The notes under the pieces: model-generated | What the model saw: the letters and a program-made list of their open reading frames with translations, nothing else | Database searches by the model: none | What the model was told of the DNA's origin: nothing | Position numbers and translations under genes: made by a program | Shown: positions 41,329 through 51,170 of the stretch, in pieces | Numbering within the stretch: the first letter of the stretch is position 1 | Layout of the letters: each line of letters opens with the position of its first letter | Assembly (NCBI GenBank): GCA_964389675.1 | Contig: CAYMEV010000003.1 | Span: forward strand, 129,109 to 193,108 | Source of the DNA: an uncultured Candidatus Sumerlaeota bacterium | GTDB lineage: Bacteria > CAYMEV01 | Reading direction: 5' to 3' | Length of the DNA: 64,000 nucleotides

Positions 41329-42999
41329 ATGAAACTGGTTGAATGCGTCCCTAATTTCAGCGAGGGAAGGGACAAAGCCAAGATAGAGACTATTGTCAGG
41401 GAGATAAGGGATACCAGAGGTGTCATGCTTCTGGATGTTGACCCCGGGGAAGCAACCAACAGGACGGTAGTAACATTCCTGGGCCCGCCCGATGCGGCCG
41501 TTGAAGCAGCTTTTAAGGCTATAAAAAAGGCGTCTGAGGTCATAGACATGAGGACACACAAGGGTGAGCATCCGAGAATGGGCGCAACCGATGTATGCCC
41601 CTTTGTGCCTGTTAGCGAAATAAGCACTGAGGAATGTATTGAACTGGCGAAAAGGCTCGGGGAAAGGGTTGGAAAAGAGCTTTCTATCCCGGTCTACCTG
41701 TATGAGTATGCGGCCTCAAAACCCGACAGGAAGGCATTAAGCAGTATAAGGAAGGGTGAATACGAAGGCTTTGAGGAAAAGATCAGGGATGAACACTGGG
41801 AACCCGATTTCGGCCCTGCAACATTTAATGCAAAATCAGGCTGTACAGCTATAGGGGTCAGAGAATTCCTGATAGCTTATAATGTAAACCTTAATACAAG
41901 GGATAAGAAGAAGGCAAATAAGATTGCTAAAATTATCAGGGAAAGCGGTTATACTGAGAAAAACAAAAAGGGCCAGAAAGTCCGCGATGAAGACGGAAGC
42001 CCTGTGATCGTCCCCGGCAGGCTTCAGGAATGCAGGGCTGTCGGATGGTATATAGATGAGTATAATATGGCTCAGGTCTCGATCAACCTTACAAACTATA
42101 AAATTACCCCTGTGCACAAGGCTTTCGATACTGTCTGCGAAGAGGCTGAAAAGCTCGGGATCAGGGTTACCGGAAGCGAAATAGTTGGCCTGGTTCCCAA
42201 AGAAGCCATGCTGATGGCCGGAAAGCATTATTTAAGCATGCAGGGGGAAAATACAGGCCTTCCCGAAAAGGATATCATAGCAAATGCAATACAGTCAATG
42301 GGGCTTAATGAGGTATCTGCCTTCTGCGTACAGGACAAGATCATTGAATATGCATATAAGAAGGACAGGAGCGGGCTTGTCGACATGAAGATTGACGAGT
42401 TCTCCGACCTTCTTTCAACAGATGCTCCGGCACCCGGAGGAGGCAGTGTGGCTGCACTGAACGGGGCTTTGTCCGCATCTCTTACCGCAATGGTCGCCTC
42501 TCTCACCATAGGAAAGAAAAAATACAGGGAATATGATGAGCTTATGAAGGATATTGCCCAGGAGGCTCAGGACCTGAAGTATTTTTACCTGAATGCTGTA
42601 GATGAGGATACTGATGCATTTAATGAGATAATGGAAGCATTTTCCCTTCCAAAGAAGACTGATGAAGAAACTGAAGCAAGAAACCTGGCTGTGCAGAATG
42701 CTACAAAAAAGGCTACACTTGTGCCTTTCAGCGTGCTTGAGAATACCAAGAGGCTTGCTGACCTCGCCATGGAAGTTGCACAGAAGGGAAATAAAAACAG
42801 CCTGTCAGATAGCGGTGTTGCGGGGCTTACAGCTTATTCTGCATGTATGGGAGCTTATTATAATGTCCTGATAAATCTGTCAGGCATAGAGGATGAGGGT
42901 TTCAAGAATGAGATCTTAGAGAAGGCCAGGTTCATAAAGGAAAATGTGCTCGCTGTTACTTCCGGGATTGAAGATCTCTTATGCAGTGACCTTGAATGA
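41329..42999 (+). CDS. ftcD: bifunctional glutamate formimidoyltransferase / formiminotetrahydrofolate cyclodeaminase
   Basis: LVECVPNFSEGRD, HKGEHPRMGATDVCPF, AQVSINL, SEIVGLVP; cyclodeaminase PAPGGGS, GNKNSLSD, NVLINL. Confidence 0.95.
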   Translation: MKLVECVPNFSEGRDKAKIETIVREIRDTRGVMLLDVDPGEATNRTVVTFLGPPDAAVEAAFKAIKKASEVIDMRTHKGEHPRMGATDVCPFVPVSEISTEECIELAKRLGERVGKELSIPVYLYEYAASKPDRKALSSIRKGEYEGFEEKIRDEHWEPDFGPATFNAKSGCTAIGVREFLIAYNVNLNTRDKKKANKIAKIIRESGYTEKNKKGQKVRDEDGSPVIVPGRLQECRAVGWYIDEYNMAQVSINLTNYKITPVHKAFDTVCEEAEKLGIRVTGSEIVGLVPKEAMLMAGKHYLSMQGENTGLPEKDIIANAIQSMGLNEVSAFCVQDKIIEYAYKKDRSGLVDMKIDEFSDLLSTDAPAPGGGSVAALNGALSASLTAMVASLTIGKKKYREYDELMKDIAQEAQDLKYFYLNAVDEDTDAFNEIMEAFSLPKKTDEETEARNLAVQNATKKATLVPFSVLENTKRLADLAMEVAQKGNKNSLSDSGVAGLTAYSACMGAYYNVLINLSGIEDEGFKNEILEKARFIKENVLAVTSGIEDLLCSDLE

Positions 43000-43105
43000 A
43001 CATGCGGATATTTAATAAAAGGACAGCAGTATAAAATTTTCTTTAATCGGAATTGTTAATAATTTATATTTTTGATCATATATTAGAACAGGAGATTTTT
43101 TTGCA

Positions 43106-44341
43106 ATGAATACAGAACAGAAAAAGAAAGAAATTTTAGGATTCTTTGAAAAAAACAGGGAAAACCTCAAACGAAAACTGATAAGCCTTCTTGGAGAAAT
43201 GGTTGCTCAGAAGACTATAAATGTTGTTTCAGAAAAGATGCCTGAATTTCCCTTCCTTAAGCACAGGGGTGAAGAGTACAGGGTCGGAGATATTGCAGTA
43301 AGAGAGCTTGAGAAGCTCGGGATAAGGTATGAGGTGTTCGGGAAGCAGAAGGAGAGGCCTAATATAATTACGCATTATGGAAGTAATATTAAGGAAAAGA
43401 GGCTTTTTATAGCATCCCATATGGATATAGTACCTCCCGGTGATGGATGGGATACTGATCCGTTTGAAATGAAGGTTGAAGGCAATAAGGCGACAGGAAG
43501 GGGAGTGCTTGACAATAAAGGACCGCTTGTAAGCTCTATTATTGCACTTGAGATCCTCAAAAGCGTTATAAAAGAAGATGATATAGAGGGGGATTTTCAG
43601 GTAGCTTTCCTGTCTGATGAAGAAGCGCATGAGGAAGTAGATTACGGTATCGGCTACCTTCTTGAGGATAAGCTGATAAACCCCACCTATGCCATCATAC
43701 CTGATATCGGGGGCAATATGCTTGAGATCGACATAGCTGAAAAGGGGAGGGTAGTTGCAAAGGTAATAGCAAAGGGAAAGCAGGCGCATGGTTCAACACC
43801 TGAAAGGGGAGATAATGCAATTAACAGAATGGGCAGATACCTCTCAGCCCTTGAGAAATACACATTAAAGCATGGAGATGATCCTATTTTGGGCGATCCT
43901 ACGATAAATGTCGGCGAAATAAGAGGAGGTTCTGCTCCGAATATTGTCCCGTCTGTCTGTGAAGCAATACTCGATATAAGGCTTGTCAGGGATATGACCC
44001 CTGAAAAGATAAAAGAGGAATTGCAGGGGATCCTTCCTGATGAGAAGGATAAGATAGAAATTATAATCAAAGGTGGAACATACCCGCACAGCATATCACC
44101 TGACAATGAGCTTGTAAAATCTGTTATTGAAAACAGCAGGAAATATTTCAAAAAGGATCCCAAACCGTTCGGGAGCGGAGGGGGCACCTATGCAAAGAAG
44201 CTTAATATGTGCGGGATCAAGGCCATAGGTTTCGGGCCCGGTGATGACAATGCCTTTCATATGGCCAATGAATATGTTGAAATTGACCAGCTCCTGGATT
44301 TTAGCGTGCTGATATGCCTGATAGCCCTGGACCTGATCTAA
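43106..44341 (+). CDS. M20 family metallopeptidase/amidohydrolase (ArgE/DapE-like)
   Basis: SHMDIVP, GRGVLDNKG, SDEE, AHGSTPERGDNAI, FHMANEYV. Confidence 0.9.
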   Translation: MNTEQKKKEILGFFEKNRENLKRKLISLLGEMVAQKTINVVSEKMPEFPFLKHRGEEYRVGDIAVRELEKLGIRYEVFGKQKERPNIITHYGSNIKEKRLFIASHMDIVPPGDGWDTDPFEMKVEGNKATGRGVLDNKGPLVSSIIALEILKSVIKEDDIEGDFQVAFLSDEEAHEEVDYGIGYLLEDKLINPTYAIIPDIGGNMLEIDIAEKGRVVAKVIAKGKQAHGSTPERGDNAINRMGRYLSALEKYTLKHGDDPILGDPTINVGEIRGGSAPNIVPSVCEAILDIRLVRDMTPEKIKEELQGILPDEKDKIEIIIKGGTYPHSISPDNELVKSVIENSRKYFKKDPKPFGSGGGTYAKKLNMCGIKAIGFGPGDDNAFHMANEYVEIDQLLDFSVLICLIALDLI

Positions 44342-44772
44342 ATGACAAGGAATTTGGAAGACTCCTGTTCGAGTGGGAGATTCATCCTGCCGGAAGAAAT
44401 AAAAAGAAGCTGGCCCTGCTGTGCATCGTGTCCGGGGTCTTTCTGATGTTTCTGATAGAGGTTACAAAAAGCTTTATAATAACATATCTTATACTGCTTA
44501 TATATTTATTTACATTGAAGTCTTTTATATTTAAAACCTACTATAGGCTTTATGAAAAGGGCCTTTGTACTGTACAGCTTGGTTTTAACGACAGGAGGAG
44601 CTACAGCAGTTTCATCTCAGTTTTCCGCAGTGATGATTCCCTGCTGTTGTCCTCTGTCAGGAAATATTCTTTTATAGCAAAAACCAGGGGAATTGAGCTG
44701 GTTTTTGAGGATCCGGGACTGAAAAAAAGGGTTGCGGATTTTCTGGAGGGGAAGATTGCAGAGGATCACTGA
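44314..44772 (+). CDS. hypothetical 2-TM membrane protein with small C-terminal beta domain
   Basis: Two hydrophobic segments then YRLYEKGL, reminiscent of bacterial PH-like proteins; overlaps both neighbours. Confidence 0.6.
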   Translation: MPDSPGPDLNDKEFGRLLFEWEIHPAGRNKKKLALLCIVSGVFLMFLIEVTKSFIITYLILLIYLFTLKSFIFKTYYRLYEKGLCTVQLGFNDRRSYSSFISVFRSDDSLLLSSVRKYSFIAKTRGIELVFEDPGLKKRVADFLEGKIAEDH

Positions 44773-45031
44773 GGAAGAAAGAGAGCTTGTCGACAGGATT
44801 GCTCAGAAGATTTATGAGAGGCGTATGTCTGTACCTGCCATATTATTCCTTGAGATGTCAAAACCCCTGTGCTTCGTAGGGTCATCACTGATAGCATTCC
44901 TTGAGCCTGTTCTGCAGAGCATTATTCCATACCGGGATGTTGAAAAGTTCAGAAGCTTTATTGAAAAGAGGGAGAATGTAGAATATCTCATCGAGCAGAT
45001 AGAAAAGAAGGATATTAAAGAGGAAAAATAA
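44756..45031 (+). CDS. small conserved-looking hypothetical protein
   Basis: TTG start at 44756 preceded by SD GGAGGGG; PAILFLEMSKPL...ENVEYLI. Confidence 0.7.
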   Translation: MQRITEEERELVDRIAQKIYERRMSVPAILFLEMSKPLCFVGSSLIAFLEPVLQSIIPYRDVEKFRSFIEKRENVEYLIEQIEKKDIKEEK

Positions 45032-45062
45032 ATTAATATTAAAATAATCTGGAGGTCGTTTT

Positions 45063-46895
45063 GTGGATACCAAATTACCGGAAAAGATTAATTCAATCCT
45101 TGCAACGGATTGCGGGAGCACCACGACAAAAGCCATCCTGATAGAAAAAAAGGGAGATGAATACAGGCTTATTGTCAGGGGGGAAGCTCCTACCACAGTT
45201 GAAGCTCCTGCTGAGGATGTCACCAAGGGTGTTCTGAATGCTGTGAAAGAGGTAGAAGAGCTTGCCGGAAGAAAGATCCTTAATGGAGACAAGATAATTA
45301 CGCCTATGAAGGACGGAGAAGGGGTCGACATCTATATTTCCACCTCTTCTGCAGGAGGAGGCCTGCAGATGATGGTGGCCGGGGTTGTAAAGAACATGAC
45401 CGCTGAGAGTGCGGCAAGGGCTGCCCTGGGAGCCGGTGCTATCGTTATGGATACTATTGCTTCAAATGACAGGAGGCTGCCCTATGAGCAGATCGAGAGG
45501 ATAAGGCATCTAAGGCCGGACATGATACTGCTTTCAGGCGGGATCGACGGTGGGACGATCAAGCATGTCGTTGACCTGGGAGAAAGGATCAGGGCCGCGA
45601 ATCCCAAGCCGAGGCTGGGAATAGGCTTCAAACTGCCGGTTATATATGCAGGTAATAAAGATGCGGTTGAGGAGATCGAACATCTCCTGAGGGATATTAC
45701 TTCCCTTGATGTAGTGCCAAATATAAGGCCGAAGCTGGAATTTGAAAACCTGCTTCCTGCAAGGGAGAAAATACATGACCTTTTTATGGAGCATGTTATG
45801 GCTCAAGCGCCTGGATATGACAAGCTCATGACATGGACGGATGTTCCCATCATGCCTACTCCGGGTGCGGTGGGCCTTATTATACAGACTATTGCCGAAC
45901 TGCAGAAGATACAGGCAGTAGGTGTCGATATAGGAGGTGCAACAACTGATGTCTTCAGTGTATTTCAGAACACATTCAACAGGACTGTAAGCGCAAACCT
46001 CGGTATGAGCTATTCAATATCAAATGTTTTTGCGGAAGCAGGGCTTGAAAATGTAATGAGATGGGTGCCTTTCAATATCAAGGAGAGCGAACTTCGAAAC
46101 AGGATCAAGAATAAGATGATAAGGCCAACCACTATTCCTCAGATGATGGAAGAGCTTGTGCTGGAGCAGGCTGTAGCAAAGGAAGCGCTGAGGCTTGCTT
46201 TCATTCAGCATAAGGAATTTGCAGTTGGCCTGAAAGGTGTGCAAAAGCAGAGGACAATATCCGATGCATTTGACCAGAAGCTTTCCGGTGAAACACTTGT
46301 GGATATGATGGAGCTGGACCTTCTTGTAGGATCAGGGGGAGTCCTGTCGCATGCGCCGAGAAGGCACCAGTCAGCTCTTATGCTGATCGACGCTTTCCTG
46401 CCGGAAGGAATTACCATGCTTGCTGTTGATTCCATTTTCATGATGCCTCAGCTCGGGGTACTTTCAACTGTCCATAAGGTTGCCGCTATGGAGGTCTTTA
46501 ACAAGGACTGCATGATCAAGCTTGGTTCATGTGTTGCCCCGGTCGGCAATGCAAAAAGGGAGGGGATTGAGATCCTTGAAGTAGAGCTTGAAATGCCAGG
46601 AGGGGAGAAAAAGGAATTCAATCTGAAGTACGGGGAGATGAAGCTTATCCCCCTTGGAGTTGATGAAAAAGCAAAAGTTATTCTTAAACCGCTAAAGGGG
46701 TTTGATATCGGTGAGGGAAAGAACAAGAAGAAAGAGGCATATGTTGAAGGCGGTGTTGTCGGTGTTATCTTTGACGGAAGAGGGAGGAACCCGTTGAATA
46801 TTCCTTCCGATGAGTCTGAAAGAGTAAGAAAGCTATTAGAATGGATCGAAGAACTGAGGGTCTACCCCCGGGATAAGATCCAGAATCTGTATTAA
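45063..46895 (+). CDS. GlmL/MutL (glutamate mutase accessory)-family ASKHA/actin-fold ATPase
   Basis: Phosphate-1 TDCGSTTTK, SSAGGGL, LLSGGIDGG, MPTPGAV, phosphate-2 VDIGGATTDV, adenosine loop GSGGVLSH; GTG start with SD GGAGG. Confidence 0.85.
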   Translation: MDTKLPEKINSILATDCGSTTTKAILIEKKGDEYRLIVRGEAPTTVEAPAEDVTKGVLNAVKEVEELAGRKILNGDKIITPMKDGEGVDIYISTSSAGGGLQMMVAGVVKNMTAESAARAALGAGAIVMDTIASNDRRLPYEQIERIRHLRPDMILLSGGIDGGTIKHVVDLGERIRAANPKPRLGIGFKLPVIYAGNKDAVEEIEHLLRDITSLDVVPNIRPKLEFENLLPAREKIHDLFMEHVMAQAPGYDKLMTWTDVPIMPTPGAVGLIIQTIAELQKIQAVGVDIGGATTDVFSVFQNTFNRTVSANLGMSYSISNVFAEAGLENVMRWVPFNIKESELRNRIKNKMIRPTTIPQMMEELVLEQAVAKEALRLAFIQHKEFAVGLKGVQKQRTISDAFDQKLSGETLVDMMELDLLVGSGGVLSHAPRRHQSALMLIDAFLPEGITMLAVDSIFMMPQLGVLSTVHKVAAMEVFNKDCMIKLGSCVAPVGNAKREGIEILEVELEMPGGEKKEFNLKYGEMKLIPLGVDEKAKVILKPLKGFDIGEGKNKKKEAYVEGGVVGVIFDGRGRNPLNIPSDESERVRKLLEWIEELRVYPRDKIQNLY

Positions 46896-46908
46896 CAGGA
46901 GGAGAAAG

Positions 46909-48033
46909 ATGGGAGAAGCATATACACCCGGACTGAAAGTCACGGGGATGACCATAGTAAAGAAAGAAAGAAGACTTCCCTTGCTGGGCGATGTCCTGCC
47001 TGCAAAAGGAGAACCGGTGAAGGCTGAAGATATTGTTGCAAGAACGGAACTGCCTGGCCCTATAACTCCGGTCAATGTTGCTAATGTGCTTTCATGCCTT
47101 CCTGAAGATATTCCCAATCTTTTATGTAAAAAAGCCGGCGATAAAGTTGCAAAGGGCGAGACCATAGCCTCACTGAAGACATTTTTCGGCCTGTTCACAT
47201 CTCTCTGCAAGGCCCCTACAGGAGGCACAATAGAGGATATATCCAAGACTACAGGACAGGTTTATATCAGGGGTAATTCCATCCCTGTAGAGATCAGGGC
47301 ATATATTGACGGTGAAGTCATTGATGTTCTGGAAAAAGAGGGTGTAATAATTCAGACAGAAGGCGCATTTATCCAGGGCATATTTGGAATCGGGCCGGAA
47401 ACCATAGGAGAAATAGATGTTATTGTAGAAAGCCCTGATGATATACTTACTGAGGACATGCTGCATGAAAGGCATGAAGGAAAGATCGTTGTCGGCGGAA
47501 GCCTGGTTACATATGAAGCATTGAAAAAGGCTGTGGACCTGAAAGTCAATGCAATTATAGTTGGAGGCTTCAATGACAAGGACCTCAGGGAATTTCTCGG
47601 TTACGACCTTGGTGTAGCGATCACAGGCAAGGAAGATAAAGGAATAACACTTGTCATAACTGAAGGCTTCGGCAAGATCAATATTGCAAAGAAGACATTC
47701 GACCTGCTTGTTGCCAACCAGGGCAATAAAGCATCCGTAAACGGCGCAACCCAGATCAGGGCAGGGGTAATAAGGCCTGAGATCATAATTCCGAAGAAAT
47801 ACGAAAAGAAAGAGGATATTGATGGTGCTGTATCTGAGGGGCTTGTCCATGGGACTCAGGTCAGAATGATAAGGGAGCCTTATTTCGGGTTTTTGGGGAA
47901 AATTAAGGAAATGCCCGTAAAACTTAAGATGATGGAGTCTGAAACAATGGTGAGGACTGTAATAGTCACCCTTGATGATACAGGCGAAGATGTACTTGTT
48001 CCAAGAGCAAACGTAGAGATAATAGAGACATGA
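46909..48033 (+). CDS. conserved hypothetical soluble protein (barrel-sandwich-hybrid repeats, C-terminal KOW/SH3-like)
   Basis: KGEPVKAEDIVA and AGDKVAKGETIA...KAPTGGTI (biotinyl/lipoyl-like); IQGIFGIG, ITEGFG; GTQVRMIREPYFG...VPRANVEII; SD AGGAGG. Confidence 0.75.
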   Translation: MGEAYTPGLKVTGMTIVKKERRLPLLGDVLPAKGEPVKAEDIVARTELPGPITPVNVANVLSCLPEDIPNLLCKKAGDKVAKGETIASLKTFFGLFTSLCKAPTGGTIEDISKTTGQVYIRGNSIPVEIRAYIDGEVIDVLEKEGVIIQTEGAFIQGIFGIGPETIGEIDVIVESPDDILTEDMLHERHEGKIVVGGSLVTYEALKKAVDLKVNAIIVGGFNDKDLREFLGYDLGVAITGKEDKGITLVITEGFGKINIAKKTFDLLVANQGNKASVNGATQIRAGVIRPEIIIPKKYEKKEDIDGAVSEGLVHGTQVRMIREPYFGFLGKIKEMPVKLKMMESETMVRTVIVTLDDTGEDVLVPRANVEIIET

Positions 48034-48067
48034 TTGATATTAAAATTAAAAATATAGGAGAAAAGAT

Positions 48068-49324
48068 ATGAGAAAAAGGATACTCCTTTTCATTTTGCTG
48101 ATGATCTGTATTTCTTTTATCCATGCTTATTCTCAGGAGAATTCCGGAGATGGTGAGGCAGTAATGCCGGAGGATAATGAGGCTGTCAGCCTCAAGCCTC
48201 TCAGCATTGTGGTGCCAGGCCCCGTTGATGTAAGGGCAGTGGATCATCCGAATGACAATGGCAAGGCCCTTATAGTGCAATGGGACCATTCGCCATTGCA
48301 GAAAGAAGGCAAAATTCTGCTTTACCGGATCTACAGGTCAGAAAAAAGGACAGGGCCCTTTGCGGAGATATCCACTGTCCCTGCACTGGAGAATGAATTT
48401 GTGGATTCAACGGTCTATCCCGACAATCCTTTCTACTACAAGGTAATAGCAGAGGATAAAAAGGGAAACCATTCACGTATGGACATATTTGCCTCAGAAG
48501 GAATTGCAACTGCGCAGTTCTTTCACAGTGGAAGGCTGAACATGCTTATAATACTTGCAGTCCTGTGTTTTTTCATCCTTTACAGCATCAATCAGGCAAA
48601 AAAGAACCCCTATGGATATATAAGGCCTATTGCAGGACTGGCAGCTGTTGAAGAAGCGATAGGCAGGGCTACGGAAATGGGAAAGCCTACCCTGTATGTA
48701 TCAGGCATAATGGATATGGATGATGTTCAGACGATCGCAGGCATAACCATCCTCGGCCAGGTTGCAAAGATGTGTGCGGAATATGATACTCCCATACTGG
48801 TGCCTACCTGCAGGAGCGTAGTCATGTCAACATCACAGGAGGTTGTAAGGGAGGCTTACCTGAAGGCAGGCAGGCCCGATGCATTCAATCAGGACAGGAT
48901 CTGGTACATGACAGATGACCAGTTTGGTTTTGCTGCAGGTGTTGACGGCCTCATAATAAGGGAAAAGCCCGCTGCTGTATTCCTTCTCGGGAGGTTCTAT
49001 GCTGAATCCCTTATCCTTGCTGAGACAGGAAATTTTGTCGGTGCGATACAGATAGCAGGAACTGCAGAAGCAAGCCAGCTTCCGTTCTTTGTCACAGCCT
49101 GCGACTATACTCTGATAGGGGAAGAGCTATTTGCCGCGAGTGCCTACCTTTCAAGGGATCCCATGTCAGTTGGAAGCCTGAAGGGCCAGGACTGGGGAAA
49201 GGCGGTCATTATTGCAGTGCTTGCACTTGGATTCATCTTCTCGATCGTATCTTATTTCAGGCAGGATATGGGTATGTCTTTTGACATCTTTGAAGCCTTC
49301 AAAAATCTATTCAAGGTGGTATAG
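48068..49324 (+). CDS. FN3 + DUF6754-like membrane protein
   Basis: Signal peptide; FN3 (IVQWDHS..YRIYRS..YYKVIA); TM; IRPIAGLAAVEEAIGRATEMGKP, FYAESLIL, LIGEELFAASAYL; C-terminal TM. Confidence 0.75.
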   Translation: MRKRILLFILLMICISFIHAYSQENSGDGEAVMPEDNEAVSLKPLSIVVPGPVDVRAVDHPNDNGKALIVQWDHSPLQKEGKILLYRIYRSEKRTGPFAEISTVPALENEFVDSTVYPDNPFYYKVIAEDKKGNHSRMDIFASEGIATAQFFHSGRLNMLIILAVLCFFILYSINQAKKNPYGYIRPIAGLAAVEEAIGRATEMGKPTLYVSGIMDMDDVQTIAGITILGQVAKMCAEYDTPILVPTCRSVVMSTSQEVVREAYLKAGRPDAFNQDRIWYMTDDQFGFAAGVDGLIIREKPAAVFLLGRFYAESLILAETGNFVGAIQIAGTAEASQLPFFVTACDYTLIGEELFAASAYLSRDPMSVGSLKGQDWGKAVIIAVLALGFIFSIVSYFRQDMGMSFDIFEAFKNLFKVV

Positions 49325-49326
49325 CT

Positions 49327-50283
49327 ATGAAGTACAGAATTCCAGTTTTGATTACTATGATAACGGGCATTATTATGGTCATAAAAGAATTCATTCCCCA
49401 CAATCCCTTTGACAGAATGGATGATATACTGCAGGACTGGTATATGATCGTAGCATCATTTGCCATCATTCTCGGAGTGGAAAGCCTTCTCCATGTCCAT
49501 GCCATGAAGATCTCATTCAAGAGGAAGGACTGGCAGTATTCAGTGGTCCTTATAGTGACTCTTTTCCTGATGGCATTCTGCGGGCTTTTCGGGGGTATAG
49601 AGGATAAAGAATTTTATAATCTGAAAGACGAACAGGACATTAATACTGTGCTTAATATGGACATTCAGCTTGCGGACGGCACTGTTAAGATAAGCAGCCT
49701 GATCCCGGAAGGAACGGCTGATAAGGGAAAATTCATGTATGAAAACCAGGGCAGTATTATGCTTGATATAATAAATGAAAAGAATGTATCAGCAGTCCAC
49801 CCTGAAAGGGGATATAAAATTCCGGCCCAGTACCAGGAGAAAAAGAACCAGAGCCTTCAGAAGACGCTTAAAGACCAGCAGATATTCCTGCACAGGGGGG
49901 GGCTGAAATATGCATGGATCTTCTATCTCTACGGAGGTTTCCAGTTCAGTTACAGATTCATCTATACTGCCCTGGGAAGCACCATGTTCAGCATCCTTGC
50001 TTTTTTTGTCGCATCTGCCGCCTACAGGGCTTTCAAGGCAAGGACATTTGAAGCGACCCTCCTTCTGCTTTCAGCCTTTATTGTTATGCTGGGGAGAGTG
50101 ACATTCGGTGAAATGATAGCTGATATTACATCCATCAATATCCCCTTTATAACCGAGTGGCTTATTGATTATCCGAATACAGCCGGTCAGAAGGCTATCA
50201 TGATAGGCATTGCGCTCGGGATCATCTCAACATCCCTGAGAGTTATCCTTGGCATAGAAAAATCCTACCTTGGTAGGGATTAA
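49327..50283 (+). CDS. hypothetical multi-pass membrane protein
   Basis: About 6 TM segments with a ~110 aa soluble insert; STMFSILAFFVASAAYRAF, PNTAGQKAIMIGIALG. Confidence 0.8.
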   Translation: MKYRIPVLITMITGIIMVIKEFIPHNPFDRMDDILQDWYMIVASFAIILGVESLLHVHAMKISFKRKDWQYSVVLIVTLFLMAFCGLFGGIEDKEFYNLKDEQDINTVLNMDIQLADGTVKISSLIPEGTADKGKFMYENQGSIMLDIINEKNVSAVHPERGYKIPAQYQEKKNQSLQKTLKDQQIFLHRGGLKYAWIFYLYGGFQFSYRFIYTALGSTMFSILAFFVASAAYRAFKARTFEATLLLLSAFIVMLGRVTFGEMIADITSINIPFITEWLIDYPNTAGQKAIMIGIALGIISTSLRVILGIEKSYLGRD

Positions 50284-50293
50284 GGAGGTTTAT

Positions 50294-51157
50294 ATGGATA
50301 TTTTAGAAAAGATTAAGAACCTTGACAGAAGGATAATTTTCCTGATCATATTCCTGGCTGTAGCTGTTCCGATTTTAGTCCCTATAGGCCTGCCTGTAAA
50401 GCCCTCTCCCATTGTTCAGAAAGGTTATGACGCAGTTGAGGCACTTGATGAGGGATCGGTCGTGCTGGTATCCTTTGATTATGACCCGTCAGCTGAACCT
50501 GAGCTGTATCCGATGAGTGTTGCAGTGGTCAAGCACCTTATGAAGAAAAGGACAAAAATAATTACAATGGCTTTATGGCCTGCCGGTGCAAAGCTTGCAG
50601 AGGATACACTCAAAGAGTCCGTTGCCTATATGGAAGCAGAGGAAAAATATACCCCTGTATACGGTGAAGATTATGCCAATATAGGATTTATGGCAGGAGG
50701 CCTTATTGTTATGACCTCAATAGGCAAGTCGCTTCCGAGAACATTTCCCGCGGATTTCTATAAGACCCCTGTTGAATCGCTTCCCATTATGAAGGGTGTT
50801 GAGAACTATTCAAATATTGATATGGTCATTACCCTTTCTGCAGGAGACCCCGGTGTCCCATACTGGGTCATGGTTGCGGCAACAAGCTATGGTAAGAGCC
50901 TGATAGGCGGATGCACAGCTGTTTCAGCGCCTCAGCTTTATCCCTATGTCCAGTCAGGCCAGCTTACATCTCTTATCGGAGGGCTAAAAGGGGCAGCTGA
51001 ATATGAAACCCTGGCCAGTGTTCCTGCAAAAGCCACAAAGGGCATGGATTCTCAGTCGATTGCTCACCTTATGATAGTAATAATGATAATTATCGGAAAT
51101 ATTACTTTCTTTGTTGAAAAACAGAGACTGAAAAAACTAAAGAAGAAAATAAGGTAA
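50294..51157 (+). CDS. hypothetical membrane-anchored alpha/beta-domain protein
   Basis: ATG 50294 with SD TAAGGAGGT; N-terminal TM, FDYDPSAEPEL, GGLKGAAEYE, C-terminal TM and a Lys-rich tail. Confidence 0.8.
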   Translation: MDILEKIKNLDRRIIFLIIFLAVAVPILVPIGLPVKPSPIVQKGYDAVEALDEGSVVLVSFDYDPSAEPELYPMSVAVVKHLMKKRTKIITMALWPAGAKLAEDTLKESVAYMEAEEKYTPVYGEDYANIGFMAGGLIVMTSIGKSLPRTFPADFYKTPVESLPIMKGVENYSNIDMVITLSAGDPGVPYWVMVAATSYGKSLIGGCTAVSAPQLYPYVQSGQLTSLIGGLKGAAEYETLASVPAKATKGMDSQSIAHLMIVIMIIIGNITFFVEKQRLKKLKKKIR

Positions 51158-51170
51158 AGGGAGGCAGATA

